64,000 nt of DNA, taken from positions 15,989 through 79,988 of the forward strand of contig JAZRXW010000064.1 of the NCBI GenBank assembly GCA_045600425.1. Direction: 5' to 3'. A program made the translations under genes and the position numbers. The stretch is from Fibrobacter sp. Lineage in GTDB: Bacteria; Fibrobacterota; Fibrobacteria; Fibrobacterales; Fibrobacteraceae. The notes beneath the pieces are model-generated. The model was given only the letters and a program-made list of their open reading frames with translations. It had not been told where the DNA came from and did no database searches. Below, piece by piece: positions 62,101-64,000 of the stretch. Position 1 is the stretch's first letter. Each line of letters begins with the position of its first letter.

Positions 62101-64000
62101 TCATACCGTCAGCATTTTCGTCGAAGGTAAAGTCGGCGGCAATGGCGGTTTCCACATCCAGGGCGGCAGTAAATACGGTATTTTCAAGAACACTTACAGA
62201 GCCATTTTCAGCAGCCACTTCATCGGCGTTACCGCCGGCAGTTGCAGTAAGCTTGTCCAGCTTATAGCCAGGCTTCAGTTCAAAGTTCACCGTAAAGTCA
62301 AGACCATCGGTCATCTTCGGGAACTTCAAGCCGGTCTCACCCACAACATAGGGCTTGCCTTCATAAGTCAAAGTCAAAGTACCAAGGTCAAGACTGGTGG
62401 AGGTCACCGTCACAACGTTCGTCGGATCGCTAGTCCAGATAGCATACAGCGTCGTGGGCAAATCAGCTTCTGCAGTGATGGCGGCAAAGAACTTGTCATT
62501 GAACTGGCGGTAAGGCGTTCCGGTCTTCGTCAAGGCCCAGCCAGACAGGATGTACTCTGCACGGCGGACATTAGAGGGGAACTCTTCGTTCAGCATAGAA
62601 CGATCAAACTTGACGGTCTGAACCTTTTCGCCTTCGTAGAACAAGTCGGCACCATCAGCATTTTCATCCAGATTGAAGGCGTATTCCACAGCACTTGCCG
62701 GAGCCTTGATCGTCATGTCATTTGCCACGATGAACTTGTTATTAGCAAGCGTTGCAATGGTCTTGCCAGCATCGTCCACAGCAGACAGGAAGTCCGTAGA
62801 AGCCACATAGCCAGCGTTAGCCACGAAGGAAACATTGAGTTCAATATCCTTGTTGCCTGCGGGAACCTTAATGCCTGCAGCCGTAACAACCATGGCATCG
62901 CTTTCAGACCACTGGCTCTGAGAAATCTTCACGACACCTTCGGTGGTGCTTGCAGACTTCACCGTCACAACAGCAACAGAGGCTTCACTCCAGACGGGGT
63001 ACACCTTATTGCCGGTTTCGGCCAGAGTCAGATTCTTGGCAACGTCGCCAGTCAAGGTAGCAAAGCCTTCGGTAGCGTCAGCCGTGAGAGCCCAACCGGA
63101 CAGAACCTTATCGGCTCGATAGATGTTGGTCGGCAACACGGAATTGTCATCTACGTTGTAGGTACCAGAGGTCTGCCAGCCAGAGCCGAAGTAAATACCG
63201 GATCCGGCCACTTCAAAGTTCATGATGTAAGACTTAGAAGTGGTAGCAACATTGATGACCACGTTTTCTGCCACATTCATCTTCTTGTCGTCACCAATCA
63301 AGTTCGGAATTTCCTGACCGAACTGGTTGTAGGCCACAGGAGTGCCCTTCGTTTCAAAGCCGTTCTTGGCCACCACATCGACGTAGAAGTCTACACCGCC
63401 TTCAACCAGCGGAACTTCCAGACCTGCGGCAGGAACTTCAATAGCTTCGGTTTCGCCTTCGGCAGTCACCTTCAAGGACACCTTTTCTACATCGGCATTC
63501 TTGATAGAAATGGTAGAGACCTTCTTGGTCTTGTCCCAAACGGCAAACAAGGTCTTTGCCGGAGTTGTTGCGCTAGCAGTCTTGTAAGCGGCAATGAAAT
63601 TGTCGTCAAAGGTAGTCATACCGGTGGTGGCGTTCTTATCAAAGGACCAGCCGACAAACTTAGCGTTAACGCTATACAGATTTGCAGGCAGGAGTTTTTC
63701 GCCATTGTCGATGTCGAACTCATCCGAGGACACCTTGGCACCGTTGTAGTAAACCTTGTCAGAGGTATTGACATCATAGTCAAGGGTCAACTTATCCGTA
63801 GTGAAATCTGCGGAAATGACCACATCGCTAGAAATTGCAAAGGCTTCATTGTTGGCGTAACTAGTAGACACATCGCCTGCCTTCACCACAATGGGTTTAG
63901 CAGCGGCGTTATAGCTAGCATTTGCCGTAAAGACCGCGGCAATCTTGAGACCGGAAATCTGCGGAACACTTACCTGACTATTTGTCAAGGCCAGTTCCGT
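47108..64000 (-). CDS. Giant (>5,630 aa, 5'-truncated) secreted protein with ~27 InlB-B-repeat-like modules and T9SS-like CTD
   Basis: The frame stays open to the window edge (codons T-E-L-A precede the TTG at 63988). Module consensus F.F..NA....FYG..W.....P...Y......GW......LYAVW. GWNLVANPY domain. C-terminal VDIMNLDGQ...GLYMLRV...VMVK. Confidence 0.92.
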   Translation of the reverse strand, partial: TELALTNSQVSVPQISGLKIAAVFTANASYNAAAKPIVVKAGDVSTSYANNEAFAISSDVVISADFTTDKLTLDYDVNTSDKVYYNGAKVSSDEFDIDNGEKLLPANLYSVNAKFVGWSFDKNATTGMTTFDDNFIAAYKTASATTPAKTLFAVWDKTKKVSTISIKNADVEKVSLKVTAEGETEAIEVPAAGLEVPLVEGGVDFYVDVVAKNGFETKGTPVAYNQFGQEIPNLIGDDKKMNVAENVVINVATTSKSYIMNFEVAGSGIYFGSGWQTSGTYNVDDNSVLPTNIYRADKVLSGWALTADATEGFATLTGDVAKNLTLAETGNKVYPVWSEASVAVVTVKSASTTEGVVKISQSQWSESDAMVVTAAGIKVPAGNKDIELNVSFVANAGYVASTDFLSAVDDAGKTIATLANNKFIVANDMTIKAPASAVEYAFNLDENADGADLFYEGEKVQTVKFDRSMLNEEFPSNVRRAEYILSGWALTKTGTPYRQFNDKFFAAITAEADLPTTLYAIWTSDPTNVVTVTSTSLDLGTLTLTYEGKPYVVGETGLKFPKMTDGLDFTVNFELKPGYKLDKLTATAGGNADEVAAENGSVSVLENTVFTAALDVETAIAADFTFDENADGMTLFYGDSWTSTGSYKRSTTVPSFPTELYSADYCLTGWAFNAKATTGYTKFDDTFFAAYEAAKAAGVEKTLYAVWTPAAKCTGFATATVTNSKPAAGELSLTRTVGGEPKTYVVGASGLVVPTQVDGIALNLKFVPTFENVAGYTYDGKLMVAQTQVNSGITVTADAEVVPGVTLNSYVFSLNENAGTSNVFFSGTYVSSIDLQGDATEAQRKFPMNLYSAERCLAGWAFESDATEGYTKLDDSFIAAYDAKTTKPTELFAVWKPCDQTILVVNSSDMGKGTLTLTQDAKHSFEVPAEGLSVPKVSGGLVFNASFDAGAGYVYDETQGLTAVSLQGNSLGALTAGSVNVSQSMIIKAVSLEASGYTITLDVNAGATDVVFYGKGWNASPEYDLSKSEDLRKLPTDIYQVNKVVSGWKLDGSDEVYDTFNEKLIQAAGSNNIKLYAVWTEKSVTTVKVRSVSTEEGSMKVSQSQWTDGMVVTALGIDVPAGNKDIELEVSYVEDKGYVLSTVGYFYAVDAAGNNIVALTDKKFVVDGNIAIKAPVSLDGYKFEFAENAGDDNLFYVGDKVESASYNLSMDAAELKFPMNIYRAGYVLSGWTLAEDGNVYSEFDEAFVADYKAQPSEVLYAVWTVDANNVMTVTSTSHDLGTLSLTRDHVTYVVGEKGLKLPKVAEGLTFNVSFEMKSGYELDQISAKTDAGDVVEIAEDNSVTVNADTKFSALALEPDAVKFVFDLNADDAVLFYGDSWTTAGSYKRNAAVAKFPSEVYREDACLAGWAFGKNATAGFTQFDDSFYAAYETAQSVGAEKTLYAVWTPAEQCTGFAVASVTNDNISAGKLSLSRTVGGVTKTYDVGEDGLSVPTQVNGVALNLMFIPTFEKNLGYSYNDKLTVDGTLVNTGLTVTADAAVVPGTTLDSYVFSLNENAEGAKVFFSGAYVSSVDMKVTSGEADRKFPMNLYRTDACLDGWGLTVDAKVGYELLDDSFITAYDAMATKPAELYAVWKPCEQATVTVMNFDADKSSMTIALDDAHTYDVMAEGLSVPVVSGGLAFAVTFVENTGYAFDKTLGLAVVSELGNDLGTITDGKLNVAQNLVVKAVSLTPVKYTVTFNENAGTGDLVFYGNAWKSSVDYDMTQDAELHKLPLNLYQTDKKLVGWTIDGDASAEKFNDFNEALVKKSGATAITLQGVWEKATDVALVTIENASLENSGAMSVYQSANNALSVGAEGLKVPAGNGDIELTVKYVTSTGYTLDPSGYYYSVDADGKSIAALAANKFTAGNIKIKAPVTADGYEFAFDANAGDDTLFYVGNKVESGKYDISKSAADLTFPMNIYRAGFVLSGWSLTANGDTYVAFNEKFIEEINALGTVPAALKAVWTADPTNEAKVTSASLATGTLTLTREGEIFTVGQDGIRLPKLAEGLTFVAAFETKPGYVLKELSAATANGDVEIAEDGSVIIKETTEFTATMNEQTAPAAEFAFAENAGNAVLFYGDSWMSSGSYTRNADAATFPTEIYRADSCLAGWAFNAKATTGFTKFDDSFYAAYEAAKAAGVEKTLYAVWTDVANCGKFATATITNSELGAGTLTLSRTVNGATKTYEVGKDGLTVPTQVNGETLNLKFVPSFEKNLGYTYNGVLSVAGAPVSELTVSADAEIVPGVTIDSYVLTLNENADGQNVFFTGTYVASLDLKVTSAETDRKFPMNLYRADKCFEGWGLSSDATEGFTQLDDAFITAYESAKKPAELFAVWKDCGQTIITVKNYEAGKGVLTLTQDAAHSYVVPTEGLEMPKISGGLTFTASFVGGAGYSYDVTKGLTAVDMQGVSLGNLTNGRVVVSQNMLIKAASLSSTRYEVVFNVNAAADDLVFYGKTWLGSDDYDLDESDDRRALPTNIYQVGKKLMGWALSKDASAEYFNTFNDALVKAAGTSAFTLYAVWQDVEVALVNIENASLDNSGTMYVYQVENKAQVVGSTGLKIPAGNNDIELTVKYEAALGYTLDDAGYFYSVDASGKNVAALSGNKFIAGNIKIKAPVTLNAYEFAFDVNAGTDNVFYGSDWVASGNYDISMSSAELAFPEALYRARYQFAGWALEENGTAYRSYDESFVKAISELEEVPTTLYAVWTPDANNFVTVTSASLVEGSLVLTQAGNSFTVGEKGLDIPKVSGGLTFVASYTVKPGYVLGGLTASAAGKDVAITENGSVTIAAATEFKATMVETAALEFAFNTNAGNAILFYGDSWKNSGSFKRNAEEVAFPTEVYRADSCLAGWAFNAKATTGFKKFDDGFFNAYETAKSAGVEKTLYAVWTSTEKCDGFATALVTNEKYSNGTLTLSRSGETYTVGEAGLVVPTQVGGTALNLAFVPSFEVALGYSYDGKLMVGETQVNEGLTIASNVVVVPGTTIDAYEFTLNENGNGANVFYSGDYVSAVSLKVTSSSAARTFPMNLYRTGACLDGWAMTADATEGFKQLDEEFIVAYNAGGKTAKNLYAVWNRNCKQNVVNVANVSIGKGTLTLSQDAEHSFVVPAGGLEIPSVEGGLSFAISFTADVGFVYDASAGFNVMDKIGNTLDVIADGKISVAQSMNVEAAGVENPEYVVTLDVNASESEVVFYGKSWKSSEGYSMDMTAEERVLPTNIYQKGKKLVGWTLAKGGAKKFDDFDEALIAAANSTSITLYAVWQVADVDLVTISSASLKSGVMSVSQGEESLEVLADGLQIPAGNGDIELNVTFDAGVGYTLGDGSYYSVDANGKLLSALKSDKFTVTGDMTIKAPVTADVYEFIFDENANGANVFYGNGWNGKVGYDMSMSESDRTFPAKIYRAGFQLAGWSFAKNGESYELYSEDFVKELKTLESAPKTLYAIWTADANNVALVTNASLATGSLVLTHNGKPYTVGESGLEIPKVAEGLDFTANFEPKSGYELDLLSATSGKDAVVIGTDGKVSLTAATQFSATMADADAIEFAFNVNAGNATLFYGDSWSATNSFKRSATAAVFPTDVYSAEACLSGWAFNAKATTGYTKFDDSFYAAYETAKSAGIAGTLYAVWTPASKCVDFETAMVTNDELAAGQLKLARKVGTETVTYEVGKDGLAVPTVVNGVATGLTFVPEFKVALGYTYDGNLTVNKANVNKGLTVNANAVVIPGVVTDTYSFRLDENANGANVFYTDDLVDEVSMQIVDGVNARTFPKNLYRADACLSGWALTSGAKTGFSLLDTNFIAAYDAMEEKTSTLYAVWDEDCKQTVVTVKNFDYGKGTLRLAQADGRSFTVERDGLDMPKVSGGFDFTASFTAATGYIYNAERGLTSTDPQGVSLGNLAAGHLNVAQSMFVKAVSLVESTYEIVFNSYTAEDLVYFGPSWNAPTQKVKFDLKNATAFPMDLYRNGACLSGWTLVQDPSKDDLTFSEFGTEFVKAVADYGDKYDGTLYPKWDVCSNATYVVSQSTFAAGYMEMVQYGALDADGNATELNRLRIEGADASITVPAGNKDISFTLEFTPYPGYSMDKDGYFYTVDANGKNLSALVSGSIVVASKTILKAPVRAESYEFAFDVNTDKNVFYANGWVENGSYDMSMQDAERQFASGIYRADACFLGWGLTENATAANSFAQYDDSFYAAMKAAKTVPTTLYAVWDTKCAVKTTTIAQGNDAVGTVVLTQSFSKTQKEYTLGANSLVVPVVEDIAFTASYSVNAGYNVNSGAELYYTVNKNDINLDKGKFNVVDAPIALMIPNTSKEYRMAFNVNSDEDVFYGSDWFESRTYTVDGADRKLPSAIYRTDACLAGWSLTAKANVEDAFVEFDESLATAYEASRNNGVLYAVWDYNCNTTNYTVALAEPASGVLTLSYDVLGIKKNYSISSAALTVPVNAGISFAMSFAPAVGYSLVDNGAYVAKNAAGAVVKVVNGNVLTAKSDVMIEGPVQKDEYLFAFNENTTATVFYGDTWRSENGYTIGVANNEFPKSIYRTDAKLLGWAVTATSSVYFDKFDAEFVKAVKQYETLQGKKSTTLYAVWDEYATPEIALVTSGSLSAGSIVISQNVNGFGSVFPVGENGLKIPSVESGLTFTVVFTTGRGYTLKAGKSLTVDQRFSAQSVENGGQVSISGTAKISAATTIDNYYFVFDVNAGKDNVFYGSDWSSTAVLDVTSADSFTTSIYQSDKKLVGWSLEPKGEGKVYTDLNEELIPYLSADTTKLYAVWEKQEVETYKVSFDQPEVGNVTLAQVVEGDTVIYEVGENGLDVPVVDGGFHFKVAFIVGTGYTLIASNDEIYTVDKSGESTVIENNELTIKEDVTIAVPVKTENFKLVFNVNNNRKDVIYGDGWVSADTYNFDSTQTVKLPAYVYTADACVAGWTFGEDTTLYRDFNAALVLALQAGELGENGYVMDARWVNSDACVTGSYAGFYERVSLESAHGLVDFVEVRNIDDNRSAVVHTFASDNTMLLPTDFNGLSLTVRSLPDSSYVLDSLIITRRGNESEVYSRRDGDVLPFSLSGADFKAVYSKSNKKNLEIVDLNLEQSGNAVRLSFATSEFEVTRGVSARIVMMDAKANAVVDTVLVDSITETPAKFNWSMFPVNVGEYTIFVELADSNDVAVKTSELAIAPVIASVKQDSWQMIGLNAVDTSAIVWDDDPRFYWWDEVGEPGEFWQYKAFNQGDDVVMGRGYWYSSLEGRDLTLLEDGSATSDVTWKLDSLYSGWNLVANPYGWSLNLYNDNMSEVKDVDEESKVTFYHFNSETGGYEETLVLNPYEAAWVRTSAPMDWHLKRVPEFEADVKADFPQVSEEDVESSKESGAVAVTKRRALAKANSKSRWSLQAILSDNNGKEDSWNVIGVSTHPFISEKPPEAMGNHVTLSVKEGKKALSKSFKAVSDSYEWQLALSASSERVGNLTLSGIAGVKSLGYRVFVTVDGKTVEMNDGENVRVLLSTRGTTATVRVVAGNVNVLAGSLGGLSMSQTPGKIHVGFDVDENLAGSRMVVDIMNLDGQVLATVSGKALAGRNALNLNAPRSGLYMLRVRVASQQIAGKVMVK

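Noticed and set aside
63986-63988. TTG start of the giant ORF
   Set aside because: The frame is open to the window edge and there is no signal peptide, so the true start lies upstream.

Overview
Chromosomal segment from a cellulolytic bacterium, most likely Fibrobacter. This is inferred from the fibro-slime protein, poly-Ser-linked GH5/CBM proteins and the Fibrobacter-type C-terminal sorting domains. It holds about 32 genes and I see no rRNA, tRNA, CRISPR array or transposase. Housekeeping and envelope genes: ugd fragment, CotH, Slt, ptsI/ptsH, MlaD, TrmH, M16 subunit, gluQ, MATE, azlCD, mltG, DASS. Large secreted proteins: fibro-slime, GH5-CBM, an unclassified 'IEPD' domain-CBM-Ig protein, and a >5,630-aa protein built from a 4-module super-repeat. 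Most unusual observations: (i) a tightly coupled operon of an ABC transporter, two catalytically degenerate PilT-like ATPases and a degenerate patatin/beta-barrel protein; (ii) an intact DUF4011-helicase-nuclease-DUF3320 protein with essentially all catalytic motifs eroded; (iii) a candidate new glycoside hydrolase domain with a GH6-like IEPD motif; (iv) a recurrent TAnnTT box 6-12 nt before ATGs lacking a Shine-Dalgarno (SD) site, suggesting leaderless or short-leader mRNAs; (v) two structured intergenic repeat elements. All family calls come from motifs recognised by eye, not from database searches.
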